From: Hyaloraphidium curvatum SAG 235-1
Taxonomy: Eukaryota; Fungi; Monoblepharomycota
NCBI GenBank assembly: GCA_025558095.1
Contig: JAIVFI010000018.1
Location: forward strand, 186,001-250,000
Length of the DNA: 64,000 nt
Direction: 5' to 3'
In this document: positions 31,261 to 43,800 of the stretch, piece after piece
Layout: the number at the start of each line of letters is the position of its first letter
Position numbering within the stretch: the stretch's first letter is position 1
Notes under the pieces: model-generated
Seen by the model: only the letters and a program-made list of their open reading frames with translations
Databases searched by the model: none
Told to the model about the DNA's origin: nothing
Translations under genes and position numbers: made by a program

Positions 31261-33559
31261 ATGCCGGTCCAACCGCCCCCGCAGGGCACCAAACGCCGCG
31301 GCGAACCGGAGCAGGCAAACGATGAGCTCGGCGCCAACCAGAAGAAAGCCCGGTGCTGCAGCAAATGCCACACTGCCGGCCACAACAAGAACTCGCCCAA
31401 GTGCCCCTTCAACCAGCAGGGCAACGCCCAGGCCGAGCAGCCACACCAACCCCCCCAGGAACTGCCACAGCAGCAGCCCGAGCAGAACCAGCCCGCTGCG
31501 GGCCCGAAGGAACCGGAGATCACTTTCGAAGCCTTCAAGGCCGAGTGGCTCCAGGAAGTGCAGGAGGGCACATCCGCGGTGGACAAGGGCCGCCGGTTCC
31601 TCGTCAAGATGCTCCAGCACTGGAGCGAGATTCCGTTCGAGTCGGACGACACGAAGATCCTTGATGCCCGGGGTGACGGTGGAATGGACGCTGTCTATCT
31701 GAGGCTTGGCGAACAAGGCGCCGAAGAGACCGAAGGACACGCATGGTTCGTCTTCCAGAGCAAGTACGGCATCTCCATCAACTCCCCGGCGGACATCACG
31801 AGGGAGGGCAACAAGATTCTGGAGACACTTGCCGGCAAAAACAACAAGATATCGAGCGCCGCCAAGGAGGTGCTCGATCGCATCACGACGTTCCGCCAAC
31901 GTGCCGACCCGGACGCCGATCGCCTCGTCTACGTTGTCTTGACGGTCGATCCTATGCCTGAGACTTGGGCTAGGGCTCTGGAGGTGGGACATGCACTCTT
32001 GCTGATGGGCAGCCTCTGACTGTTTGCACTTAGGACGTCGGAGCGGCTGGCCGCGCCCGCTTCGGTCCCATCTTCGAAGTCAAGGCCGTGTCCGGCGAGA
32101 CCATCTTCCGCCAGGCGCCGGTGGCTCTCAACGTTTTGCACCCGCGCAAGATCAACCTTGCGATCCGCCACATCGAGAAGGTCAACGCCGATCGCAAGGT
32201 CAACCACCTCGAGGTGCCGCTGAGGCAGATGTACGACTTTGTGAACGAGTTCAGCAAGCGATCCGGGGGCAACCTGAGCCAGCTCTTCGACACCAACGTC
32301 AGGCAGTTCCTGAAGGGCACCAAGGTCAACGTTGGAATGCGCAACACCCTTCTTTCGGAGCCGCAGAACTTCGAGCTCTTCAACAACGGCGTCCGCATCG
32401 TGTGCACCGACTACGGCGTCAAGGATGGCCTCCTGGAGGTCACCGACCCGTCAATCCCGAACGGCTGCCAGACCACCCGGACGATTTTCGAAGTCTGCTC
32501 CTCGAAGCTCGCGTCCGGCGGAACGGGAAGCAACGCCGATCTCGCCGCCTGGGAAAAGAAGTTGGATGACGGCAACGTGAGCGTCACCATCATCAAGATC
32601 GGCGATCCGAGCGATCCCGAGGCCCAGGAGCTCAGGAAGAAGATCACGCGGTTCACGAACTCGCAGAATGCCGTTCGTGCCAAGGACTTTCTGGCCCTGG
32701 ATCGCAACACCAACAACTGGGCCGAGGAAATGATGAGGCACGGGGTGTTCCTCGAGGTCCAGCGGGGTGGCTGGGAGGCCCAGAAGGCCTACTACAAGCT
32801 CAAGAAGCTCCCCATCAGCGAACACCCGACCGAGTCGGCCAACCTCTTTGAGCTGATCAAGGTGTACGCGGCCGGATGGCTGCAGCAGCCCGGGACCTCC
32901 TTCTCCGGCAAGACCGAGACCTTCAGCCCGGGAGGCAGCATCTTCAAGATCGTCTCCGGCGATCCGGATCCGGCCTCAGCGATCACTGCGAACGACCTAA
33001 TGGCTGCTTACCGACTCCAGAGGGCCGCCAACAACAACCACTTTGGGCACCAGGGTGCGGGTGAACGCAAGAACAGCCGCAGGCAGACGCGCTACCTCTT
33101 CTACTACGTGGCTGTCGACATGGTGCGGAGCATGCTGGAGCACTTCAAGCGTGACAGCCAGCGCAAGATCACCCTGCAGGAAATCTCCCGTGCGGTGCGC
33201 AACATCTTCGAGTGCGACGACCAGGCGGGAAGCAAGGCTCTCGTCGACAATGCCCTGAATCTCGTCGACGAGTACATGAACCAGCCGACCAAGGAAGACT
33301 CGTTGACGGTGCACAAGTGGGTTGTTTGCGTTACCTTGTCACGCACCTTCGTTGATCCCTCACGCTCACCAGGGAGCCGCTCTACGTTGAGTGCAACATG
33401 GACCTCAACCGGTTCCTCAAGCTTGTCAGCAACGATTCCGCTAAGCTGCCCAAGCTGACGCAGCTGCTCATGTTCTTCAGGCTCTCGATGAAGAGGAGCA
33501 AGCTGGGCGAGCTGTCTGACTTTGAGAACATGCGCGACGCCAGCAAGACGAGCGTTTGA
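31261..33559 (+). CDS. AIPR-family (abortive infection phage resistance) protein with an added N-terminal CCHC zinc knuckle; exons 31261-31983, 32034-33316, 33373-33559
   Basis: DARGDGGMDAVYL...WFVFQSKY; LFDTNVRQFL, NVGMRNTL..EPQNFELFNNGVRIV, IPNGCQTTRTI, ITRFTNSQNAVRAKDFLA. Removing two GT-AG introns (50 and 56 nt) gives one continuous frame. Confidence 0.9.
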
Positions 33560-33632
33560 TGTAGTCCTGAGCACTAGAATACAAAACCGACGATCGACTT
33601 GCCTCCAGTGCGCAACTGCCTGACCGTAAACA

Positions 33633-34414
33633 ATGTCGAAGAAACCGGCTCCCCCGCCCGCGCAGAACGACCCGGAGGTCCTGAAGTTCCTTCAGGAGCA
33701 CGTCGTCAACTACACCGTCCGTCAGGGGGGTCCGGATTACCACCTTTTTGGCGATGGGGTGGGACACGGCCGACCTCCTCAGCCCATAGTCTTGAAGCTC
33801 ACATGGGGCCGTTCGCGAACGAAACGACCGCAGAAACTTTGGCCCGTTGCTGCCGTCAAGGGCCGCGTTCGCGCGGAGCTGAAGGTGGAATCGATTCACT
33901 CTGTGGGCACCTTGCGCTTCAGCTTGCTTCGCGGGATCTCACCGGCCGATTGTCTCCCTCGACGCGGGCCCTGCATTTCACGTTTTGCTACCTCGACGCC
34001 TGCAGAATTGGATGGGTTCTTTCCACGGCCTCGTCACTGCGGCCCTGGTCGATCTCGTGACGTCGTGGGCCATCTGCGCGTACGGCAAGGACTACCTGGA
34101 CCACTCGAGCGTCTCGCTCGAGGTCAACTACCTCAAGTGGGCTTGCGAAGGGGCGCAAGGCGTTTGAGGAGTGCTGATTTTCTTCCTCAGAGGCGCCAAG
34201 GTCGGGGATGTCCTCGAGATAGACGGCATCTGCGACAAATTCGGCCGGACGCTTTCCTTCACCAGCTTCCGCATGTTCCTCAAGGTACGCTGCTAGCCTA
34301 CATCCAGGGCTCCATTAACACCCGTCGCAGGGCACGGAAGGGGACGAAAAGGGGCTGATCGCCCTCGGCCAGCACGTGAAGTTTATGCCCCAGGGAGCAA
34401 AGCCGAAGATGTAG
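33633..34414 (+). CDS. HotDog-fold acyl-CoA thioesterase (PaaI/ACOT13-like), multi-exon
   Basis: NWMGSFHGLVTAALVDLVTS, SVSLEVNYLK|GAKVGDVLEIDG...GRTLSFT, last exon IALGQHVKFMP. Confidence 0.85.
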
Positions 34415-34498
34415 ATTCGGAGAGTCATAGATTACATACCGAGTTTGAAACGAGGCGTGGTTTGTGACAAGAGGTGTGGTTCAATCCCGTGCATCCTT

Positions 34499-37400
34499 CT
34501 ACCTCCGCAAGGCCAAGCCTCCGCCCCGCGCGCCGGCACCGAGCGCCCTTCCGGCGGGTGCGCTTCGCTTGTTCTTTTCTGTCATGGCCAGCTCCAGCTT
34601 CTTTAGGGAAGCTCTGAGGTTCTTTCCATTCCGGGTGCAGTTGAGCTCCAACCACCTCTGCATCTTCGCGAGCATGCCCCTCAGGGCTTCCCTGCCCGCG
34701 GTCGGGAAAGGTTCCGGCGGATTCAGCAGGGCCGAGAAAAGCGGAGCCCAAATCTCGTCCGTCTGCCAATACCGCTTCATGGATCCTAGTGCCGCGATGC
34801 TCAGGTGCGGCTTCTCAGAATCAGCGGCCGATTCCCCCTCGGTGACTTCCATGAAACGACCAAAGAGCAAGACGTGCATGACGCCCGCGAGACCGTACCA
34901 ATCCAGCTCGAAGCCGTGGAAGGGCCGCTTGTTGCGCAGCTCCCAGGATTCCACAGCGGGATCGCCGTTGCCGCTCGACTCGAACTCGGTCACAAAGTTC
35001 CGCTCATCGCCGTCATCGAACCTGGCTTTCCACGTCGAAAGATCAAGCGCGCGGCCAAAGTCGAGCACCAAAAGTCCACGATCGCCCCAACCGCCGCCCC
35101 CGCTCGGGTCATAGATCGAAGTCCATTCGTCCGGGACGACTCGCACGGACGACCGCGAAATGTCCGCGTCTTCGGTTGCAGGCCGAGAGCCAGCCTTGCT
35201 CCAGCGCGCCAAGAAGTTCTCGGGCTTGACGTCGCCGTGAACAATGCCGACTCCATGGAGGGCATCGATGACCTTGATGGCTTCGATCGCGTAGAACATG
35301 GCGACCGGTTCGTCCATGCCTGTCCCCTGGCCCGGCGGTACGTGGGTCATGAGGGTGTCCGCCGTCATGGCGGCATTGACGAGGTCCAGCAAGGTGCCGC
35401 CGGACGCATACTCCATGCGCAAGATGGCGGCGTCCGAGAACACTTGGCAGTCGTAGACGGAGATGAGGCTCAGAGCGGCTGCCGAACCAGCTGCCGCCAG
35501 CCGAGCCCGTGCCGTCCGGAGCAGGCAATGCTCGTACGCGAGGTTTATGCTCTTGGAGCGGGTGTTGGCGACCTTGACGGCTCGCGTCGTCCGAAGCCCT
35601 TTCGTCCGCCGCAGCGAGCGTGATCCCGAAACCGAGCTGATCGACGGATCACGGTCGAATCGCAGAGAAAAGCCCCGCGAAGCGCTGTCGTCGTCGGAGG
35701 CGTCGCTCTCGCTGCCGGGGGAATCCCTGTCGATGTTCGTGGCCAGAAAAACGACACCGTAGCCGCCTTCCCCGAGCTTGCGCTCGATGACGAGTGTGTC
35801 CGATGATCCGGGGATGTGGATCTCCGCGTTGGGCGCAAACCTAGCTCCGCGCTGCAGCAAAGGCTTCGAGTGATGCGCGATTGCCTTCTCGTCCGCTTCC
35901 ATGCAGTCCGAGACATAGCGCTGCATCGCTTCTTCGGCGAACGGATCCGCCGGCCCCGTGAGCCTCAGTTGCTTCATGCGGGACGCGACCTCGGCAGCCT
36001 CGTCCCGCTGCTGCTCCTCCTCCTCTTCCTCCAGGATCTCCCCTTGCAGCCCCGTCTTGAGCACCCTTGTCAGGCTGAGGGTCGATGTGGGCTCGCCTTC
36101 GTCCCGCGCAAACGTCCGTTCGTGCGCGATGCTCGGCCTCCCGCCGGTACCCGACGGAACGGAAGACATGGCCAGCGAGGAGTTGGCCGCAGTCGTGCAG
36201 GTTGCCCGAGAGGAGGGTTCCGTGCGCTCCGTGATCGGCGTGAGCGACGGATCGTACAGCGCAGGCATGTCCGGTATCCGAGGCCCGAGCGGCACGAGGA
36301 CCCCGCCCGTGTGCATCGCCTGGATCTGCTGCATCTCCATGAACCGCTCGCGCTCGGCCTGCAGACGCTCCTGTGCGTCCTGCAGAGCAGCCTCATCCTC
36401 CGCATGGGCATCGTCCGTTTCGATCAAGTGCTCGCCGTCATCTGCCGCATCCGCGGCGAGATCACGGACCAGGCCCTGTACCTCCTGCCTCGTGAGGGAG
36501 GGATTCCTGGCCGACAGGGGGAAGCCGTTGGATGCGGGGATGGTATCCATGTCCTCCTCGGAGCTGGCCGAGCCCGAGCCGCGCATGGATGTTGAAGGCG
36601 CCGCAAACGGGTTGTCCTCCTCGTCGACCTCGAAGGAACGAGGCCGGTTGCCCAGAGGCTTCGCCGCCGTCCGGCCGAGGACCGGCGGCTTCCCGGCGGC
36701 TTCCGTGTCCGTAGGAGAAACCGACGAACCTCCGTCGGACCGAATGCCGAGCGGTTGCCGCGGCGCCAGATGTTGCGGTCGGTTCTCGTCCGGAGGTTCG
36801 TCGGCAAAGACGGCGAACTTGGCCTTTCCCGGTTGCTGAACCCGGGGAGGCGCCGGCTCGTCGCGGAAAACGGGAAGCTTGGATCGCGACGGGCCAGCGG
36901 GCTCCGCAAAAGGTTCCGAATCTTGGAAGATGGAGACCTTCTTGATGGCCTGGGGCGGTTGGAAAGCAAGGACAGGCCTGGTATCGTCCTCCTCGGGAAC
37001 GGCGTACGGATCCTGAAAACGCGGAGAACAACAGATCAGCTATGCGTCACACCATATGCGGCTACTCACGTCGTCTTCGATGTCCCCGGAGAACATCTCG
37101 TACACGTCCCGCATGGCCTTCTTGGTGTTGATGGTCGGCGACGCCACCGACTTGCGCTTGTCCCTGAACGTCATGGTCACTGTGCTGTCGAGATGCCCGT
37201 CGTCCTTGAGGAGCACCACGTGGTCGTCGTACTGCCCCGTGGCCGTCCCCGCCTCCTCCTCCTCGCCGGCGGAATCGCCCTCGGATTCGCTGACGTAGCC
37301 GAGGAGGCCGTACCTCCGCTCCGCGCGGATCTCTTCGAAGCTCTTTTCGTCCTCGCACTTTTTCGCTCCCGACGCGCCATCCTCGAAGCTGATCTTGGCC

Positions 37401-38824
37401 GCGGCGGGGTAGACCAAGTGGTAGGCGACGGCGGCCCTTTCGGCGGCCGGCTGCTGCGGATGCGATGCCGAGCGCTTCGAAGGTGCCTTTGAAGTCGCCG
37501 CTGATTTGGGAGCAGACGCCTTTGGTGCCTCCGGTGCAGCAGCGTCCATCGAAGAAAGGAGACCGTGGTGTCCATCCACAGCGACGAGCTTCTCCCGAAG
37601 CACCGGTGCCGACGAAGACGGTAGTGGATTGAGGCCAGATTCGGGAGCGGAAGCATCCTGTCGCCGAGAGCATCAGATCAAGAACGTACGAAGCCGCGCG
37701 GAACTGACCTGGTCTGACCATACTTGCAGCTTCCCCGTCGGTCCAGAGGCCAAAGCCGGGACCTTGACGTCCGTCCACTTTTCCTTGTCGCGCACATTCT
37801 CCCGATTCCGCTGCTGGGAAGTGCCCAGCTCCGGCCACGTTGAGCCCGACGACGATCCAGCAGCCGTCGTGCCTTCCGGGTCGCTGAAAATGGCCAGCTT
37901 CCCCGACCGAGTCGAGTTTGGTGCTGCAGGCTGTCGCGATTGTTGCTGGGCTTGCGGCCTGGCCGGGTTCCGGTCCCGCGAATTCTCGTTCCCGACCGCA
38001 GCGGTGCGCGCCGGCACCGTACCCAGGGCCGTCCGCTGGACCTGGCTGTCCTCCGCCACTTCATCCTCCGGCGGTGCCGAAGTCGTCATCATGCGCCGTT
38101 GGAACTCGAGGTAGCGCCGCTGGAGTCTCTCGAGCGGCTGCGCGCGACGGTGGATGCCGAGCTGGTACATGGCGTCGGCATCCTTGTACCTGGAAAACAT
38201 TGTCGGTTTCATTCATTCACGAGAATGAATGGCCACCGACCTGCCCTTGCTCTCGAGGCAGCCTGCCCAGCCCTCGTAGAAGCCGGCCAGCTCCTGCAGG
38301 ATGTCGTTCGTGTGCAGCCACCGAAACACGTCGAGCGGATCGCGGACCATGTCCTTGTAGGTGAGCCACAGACGGAGGTGCCGCGGATCGTTCCGATACC
38401 TGGGAAGACGCGTGTGAGGAAGAGAGTGAGGGGGGTGCCACGTCGCCCACCGGCCGTCCCGCTTGAACGTCTCGAGCGTGCGCTCCAGCACGCTCAGCGT
38501 GCGCGAGCTCGCGTTGTTCCCCGACGTGTAGTGCTCCAGCAGCCAGCGCACGTAGCGGTAGTGAATCTCGAGCGGGTCGTCGTCCGAGTCGAGCAGCGCG
38601 GGGTCGGCGACCTGGCGCTCGAAGTCCAGCCGCAGCGCCTCGAGCGCGGGGTTCGGCGCCTGCGACGGCGAGACCGGGTTGGGCGCGGCGCCGCGCGCGG
38701 GCGTCGCCGGCTCGTCCTTGCCGGCGAGCACGGCCGTCAGCACCGTCGCGCGCCGCCCGCTCGGCAGCGGCAGGATGTTCTCCTTCGACAGCTCGATGAC
38801 GTCCATCGACGGCACGTGCGCCAT
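34499..38824 (-). CDS. BUB1: Spindle checkpoint kinase Bub1/Mad3, multi-exon
   Basis: KENILPL KEN box; TPR region (DDPLEIHYRYVRW, YRNDPRHLRLW, GIHRRAQP); GLEBS-like SFEEIRAE; SPTINTKKAM; kinase LGEGGYG, HGDVKPEN, DFG. Confidence 0.95.
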
Positions 38825-39348
38825 GTCGGACCGCCGCCGGCCGCCGCCGGGAGGACTCGGGGACGCGCGCGGCGAATTCAGAGTGGTGTATTGGGCCAGC
38901 TGCCCTCGGACTCTCGCGCTGACAGGCAGAACCGGACGTGAACCGTCTTCCGCGGCACAGGCACATCACGAATGCAGATGCTATTCTCGACTGCTGCTCT
39001 TAATTCTTGATATGGCCTGGGTCGATTTCGATTGCTGTGGCGTGGGGACCGCCGCGCTGCAAGTCAACACAGCTACGCGTGCAGCGTCTATTTCCTGCTT
39101 AAATGCAGATCAAATCGTCTTGCAACATGCATCGAGAGCTCTGGGGGTGCGCTGAGGTGAACGCGTCAGCCGGGGGACACTGATTGCGGCGGTTGCGCGG
39201 CCTGGCCCTTCCGGCCGGGGTTTGCTCCAAATCCCGGTGCATCTTTCCGCGCGGCTTCTTAAGCGCCGGGAAGCTGCTGCTGGGCCGGCACTTGCTACAG
39301 CAAAGGCACTTTATCCCGTTCCTCTCTGGTGCTTCCGCTCCCTCCGTG

Positions 39349-40236
39349 ATGCCCGGCGCCACCGTTCCCGGACCGTCGGTTTCAACCGCGGCGGCAACCA
39401 AGCCCCGCAGTGCCGATGAGCTCCACCCCGGACGCCGGCCGCACACGCCAGACACCCCCCTCATCGTCCTCAACAAGCTGCTCCCGATTCCGCCGCACGC
39501 CCTCGCGCTCGCCGGTGGGCTGATCCTGGGGAGCGTCGTCCCCAAGAGCGTTGCCGCTCTCGCGGCTGCGGCGTTCCTCGCTCCGAGCGTCTACTCGCTT
39601 GTCACGGAGCTGCGCAAGCCCGCCGGGCAGCGCGATTCGGACAAGCACGTCCTGAAGGGACGCTACGCCGCTTCTTTGGACGGCGAATACTGTGTCTTCC
39701 TGATCGGCTCGCGCTACAACGGGCCGAGCAAGCTCGACAAGGAGTTTGGATGGATGGGCGACGCCATGGTGGACATCGTCAAGGACTTGCAGGAGAACGC
39801 CCAGGAAACCGGGTACCTCGGCCACGAGACTTTCGTGGGAACGGGGAAGGATGGCGCTGAGTGAGTCCTCGTCCTCTAGCGACCGAAGTACGATGCTGAT
39901 ACCGGCCCCTGCAGCTTCCTTCTCACCGTCTACTTCCGCTCGTTCGACCACCTCACCAACTACGCCAGGTCCCGCAGCAACGCCCACGCCGGCCCCTGGT
40001 CGAAGCTGATGGCCCTCGGGCGCAAGGGCTCCGATTACGGTTTCTGGCACGAGTCGTACAGGATCCTTCCGGGAGGCACCGACGCGATCTACATCAACTG
40101 CCCGCCCATAGGCCTCGGTAACTGCATCGGTGCGCAGTTGGTGCCTGCCCAGGGGAGGTATGCCTCGGCCAAGGGACGGATGGGCCAGACCCAGGGCGAG
40201 GACTACGCCACCGAGCTGGGGAAGCCGGACTACTGA
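39349..40236 (+). CDS. DUF4188 / Af470-like monooxygenase (heme dehydratase-like ferredoxin fold)
   Basis: CVFLIGSRYN, intron ~39861-39913, LTVYFRSFDHLTNYAR...HAGPW, YGFWHESY, IYINCPPIGLG. Confidence 0.8.
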
Positions 40237-40386
40237 GCGCAGGGGGCGTACCCGGGAATGCTTGGTCGAGGGAGTGGTTTTCGTGTGAGATAAATACGTT
40301 CTATAGCTGAGTTGTAAATGCGTAGTCGACAAAGCATTTCGCGTGACAAGAACCCGAAGACGGAGCAATGCACAAGTTATGGGTTA

Positions 40387-41565
40387 TCAGTCTCTCCATC
40401 CGGCAACTATCCCCTTCGCGATCTCCAGGGCTTGGCGGCAACGCACAGCCTCGATATGCGATTCCGGCTTGGCCGACAAGTTTGCCAGCATCGCCGTAAG
40501 CTCAGCAATGTGCCTCTCCATATAATCCACCATGGTCGGCTGCGCGGAGGTGGGCGCGTTCCCGACGACCGGAGACATCGGCCGCGGGCTTGCAGGGCTC
40601 GCGTACTGGCTGTAGGGCGAGGCCGACATGGCCCTCGTCGGAGAAGCCGCCGTGGGCGAGGTGGGCTGGAGGAGAGGCGTGTACGGCCGGGTCGTGGTCG
40701 CGGCGGCAGCGGCCGCGGCCGCCTGAGTGTTCAGGGAGGCGCCCTGCGCCCGAGCCTCGAGCACGGTGGAGGCCATGGCGGGTGCCGGCGTCTTGTCGGG
40801 CACCAGGAGGAGCTGCTTCTTGGTAAGGTTCCGCCAGAAGTTGCGGAGGCCGCCGGCACGCTGCTTTTCCACGTAGACGGGCCGCGACGGGAGGGCTTTG
40901 TCGGAGGCGTACGCTACGGGCGCCGGCGACGCGGCCTGATTTCTGGGCAACGTAAAGCCCGATGCCGACAGGCCGTAAGGGCTCAGGGGTCGGTCTTGAG
41001 GCTGACCATCAGACATCATCGATACCGGGCTCGTGGCCCGAACATCCGTCTTGATCGTCAGGCCGCCGGCGGCGGCAGAGCCAGGCGATGGGCTGACTGC
41101 CCTGGTAACGACGCGGCCGGAAGCGTCGGTCTGCTGAACCATCTTCGCCACGAGGCTGTCAAACTGGGGCTTGACGTACGGCTTCGGATGGACCGATCCC
41201 CCCACGAGGGACGAGGCGGTCGCAAGAGTCATTTCCACAGGCGACACGGGTCTGTCGACGTCGCCACCGTAGGGCGAAACCGGCCGGGAGTAGCTTTTGG
41301 CCAGCTTTTCGTACTCGAATGTTATCGGAGATGCCGGGCGTGCCTGGGGCGAAGAAGGCCGTGCGACCACGGGCACCGCGTAGCTCCCCATGTTCGGCAT
41401 TGACGTCTGCTTGCGCAGGACCGCCTCATCGCCCGCGGCCGCCACTGGGCTCGGCGGCTGCTCCCCCGGGTAGACCACTGCAGTCGGGTCCTGCTGAGTC
41501 TTGATTCCGAGGCCCACCGCCCCGTTCGGGGCCGGATCTGCCAGGGTGTCGCTAGAAGACGACAT
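40387..41565 (-). CDS. Ser/Pro-rich disordered protein of unknown function
   Basis: Long open frame with many RPxSP motifs and a short helical C-terminus. Confidence 0.6.
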   Translation of the reverse strand: MSSSSDTLADPAPNGAVGLGIKTQQDPTAVVYPGEQPPSPVAAAGDEAVLRKQTSMPNMGSYAVPVVARPSSPQARPASPITFEYEKLAKSYSRPVSPYGGDVDRPVSPVEMTLATASSLVGGSVHPKPYVKPQFDSLVAKMVQQTDASGRVVTRAVSPSPGSAAAGGLTIKTDVRATSPVSMMSDGQPQDRPLSPYGLSASGFTLPRNQAASPAPVAYASDKALPSRPVYVEKQRAGGLRNFWRNLTKKQLLLVPDKTPAPAMASTVLEARAQGASLNTQAAAAAAAATTTRPYTPLLQPTSPTAASPTRAMSASPYSQYASPASPRPMSPVVGNAPTSAQPTMVDYMERHIAELTAMLANLSAKPESHIEAVRCRQALEIAKGIVAGWRD

Positions 41566-41753
41566 TTTGCGCTCCGCAAAGAGCGGTCTGTCCGCCGATG
41601 GGGCGGGGAGCGAGGTGAGTCGAGGCGGCCGCAGCAGTTTGTCGGGGTCGGGGCTCATCCGCCATCCCTCATCGTCCGCCAAGCAGACCCTGAGGCGCGT
41701 TTTCAATTAAAGCGCCTCCAAAGTTCAATTGTCTTTCCGAGCAACAACTCCTG

Positions 41754-43195
41754 CTACTCGACGAGCTTGAACTTCCCGAACGTCTTGTCCTTGACCACCT
41801 GAATGATGGTCTTGCCAAAGTTCTTCCCCGCGAGGATGTCCACCATCGCCTGCGGAGCAGACTGAAATGGGCGACGTTTGAGACATGATCGGGTCGCACC
41901 CAACCAGTGATCCCACCTCCAGGCCCTGCCGGATGTCCTCCGCGTAGACCATCTTCTTCTCCCGGAGCCACTTGGGCACGTTCTCCCAGAACGGCTTCTG
42001 CATCGGATGCGCTGGCATTTCCGGCGTCAGTCACTGAGAAATGAGCCGCTCGTGTCGGTCTGCTCACGGGCAAAGTAGTCAAACACCACGAAGCCCTCGA
42101 TCCGGAGCCGCATCACGATCAGGCTAGGCAGGTTGCGGAAGCCCGTGAACTGCCCGCCGGCCGATCCTTCCCGGTCGTAGCCGCCGACCCAGCCGCACTG
42201 GATCACCACGCCGTTCTGCTTGAGCGAGGTGATCACGGTGTCCATCATCTCGCCACCGACCTGGAAGGCAATCAACAAATGGTCGTTGCACGAAACGACT
42301 AGCGTGCTCACGTTGTCAAAGAAGATGTCGATGCCCTTCTCCCCCGCGATATCGTGTATTTTCTTCTCCGCCTCGGTGCGGTCCTTGGGCAGCGCCGTCT
42401 TGTAGTCGAACGCCACGTCCGCCCCGATCTTCTTCAAAAATTCGACCTTCTTGTCCCCACCCGCGGTCGCGATCACCCGCAGGTCCTTGCCGCACAGCTT
42501 GGCCATCTGCACCGCGGCCTGCCCCACCGCGCCCGCGGCCGCGTTGACGAGGACCGTCTGGCCCTCCTTGGGCCTCCCGATCTCGAACAAGCCCGCCCAC
42601 GCCGTCATCCCGGGCATCCCCAGGACGCCGAGGTGGTACGACAACGGCAGGTCCGCCGTGTCCTCGACGGGCAGCTTCCACATCATCTCCTTGCCCTCCC
42701 TGAGGATCGAGTAGTCCTCCCACCCGCCGCCGGCCCAGATGATCTCGCCCGGCTTGACGCCCTCCCGCTCGGAGCGGAGGACGACGGCAACCGCGCGCGC
42801 GTGGACGGCCTCGCCGACCTCGAGCGACGGAATGTAAGTGAAACCGCCGGGATGGGCCTGCGATCGAGCGGGTCAGCTGCCGTCCCGCAACCCGTTTGGG
42901 CACGCCAATCACCTCCATGTGGAATCTCATCGAGGGATCGATCGAAATCAGGAGGTTCCGCACGAGCACATCGCCCTTCTCGAGCTTGGCCGCCTTCCAG
43001 TCGAACGGCACCGTCTCGGTGCGGAAGCTCGCGAGGGTCAGCTTGTCCTTGGGCCGCTCGGCAAAGATCACGCGCGTGTTGCTTCAGATTGCGGCGGGAA
43101 ATGAGGTCGGAAGGCGCGGGGGGCGAGATGCGGGCCCACGTAGAGGGGTATAGCTCGGGGCCCCCTTCGGGGAGCGCGGCGTCGCCGGACGGCAT
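41754..43195 (-). CDS. NADP-dependent alkenal/prostaglandin reductase (PTGR/MDR family), multi-exon
   Basis: VLVRNLLISIDPSMR, LGVLGMPGMTAWAGL, VNAAAGAVG, GIDIFFDNV|GG, GKNFGKTIIQV. Confidence 0.92.
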
Positions 43196-43800
43196 CGCGG
43201 CGGGCAGGACAATACAGGGGCTCGGGGCGCTCGGCTACGGTGGGGATTCTTTCGGCGTTCGCGACGAGCGGGAACGGAAACGAGCGCCCAGGATTTGGAG
43301 TTGGGAGACAAGGCGTCCCCCCGGTCCGACACCCGCGTAGCCGACGACGATCTCATCAAGCTCCGACGATGAAAACGAACCTCATTGAGCATCTGACAAT
43401 TTACATGGTGCCCGCAAAACATCTAGCAAAGCTGCGGATGTGATATCGAAATGCCCCCATCGAACGAAACCCGACCTTCCCCTACATTCCCCTCGCCGAA
43501 ACCGGTGGCGCCATCCACCCTCCTACATTCCCCCTGTTCCGCCCCGGGTATTCCGGGGCCGCCCGTGCCGTGAGCGTGCCTTGTCCGTAGTCCGTTGTGC
43601 GTGTCCGGTATCGAGATGCGTATGTACGTGCGACAGTCCGTGCGTGGTATGGAATCAGTCCGAGTCCGAGTCGGCGGGACCGGTGGCGGAGCGTCGCCGC
43701 CGGAGAAGGTTGGGCGGGGGCCCGCCGTCGGGGCCGGGGACGGGGATCCACTTGAGGGCAACGAACCTGTGGGTTGAGGAGAAGTAGAGTCAGCGAATGC

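Noticed and set aside
30997-31652. N-terminal half of the 502-aa ORF 30144..31652
   Set aside because: It overlaps the AIPR first exon on the opposite strand and reads as antisense sequence; only the C-terminal part looks like protein.
31261-33559. AIPR as bacterial contamination or part of a prokaryotic defence operon
   Set aside because: It has spliceosomal introns and eukaryotic neighbours, and no methyltransferase or restriction genes lie nearby.
43440-43770. Short repeats (cctacattcccc twice; gtccga runs) as a possible ncRNA
   Set aside because: No recognisable RNA family or stable fold seen; most simply 3' UTR or promoter sequence.
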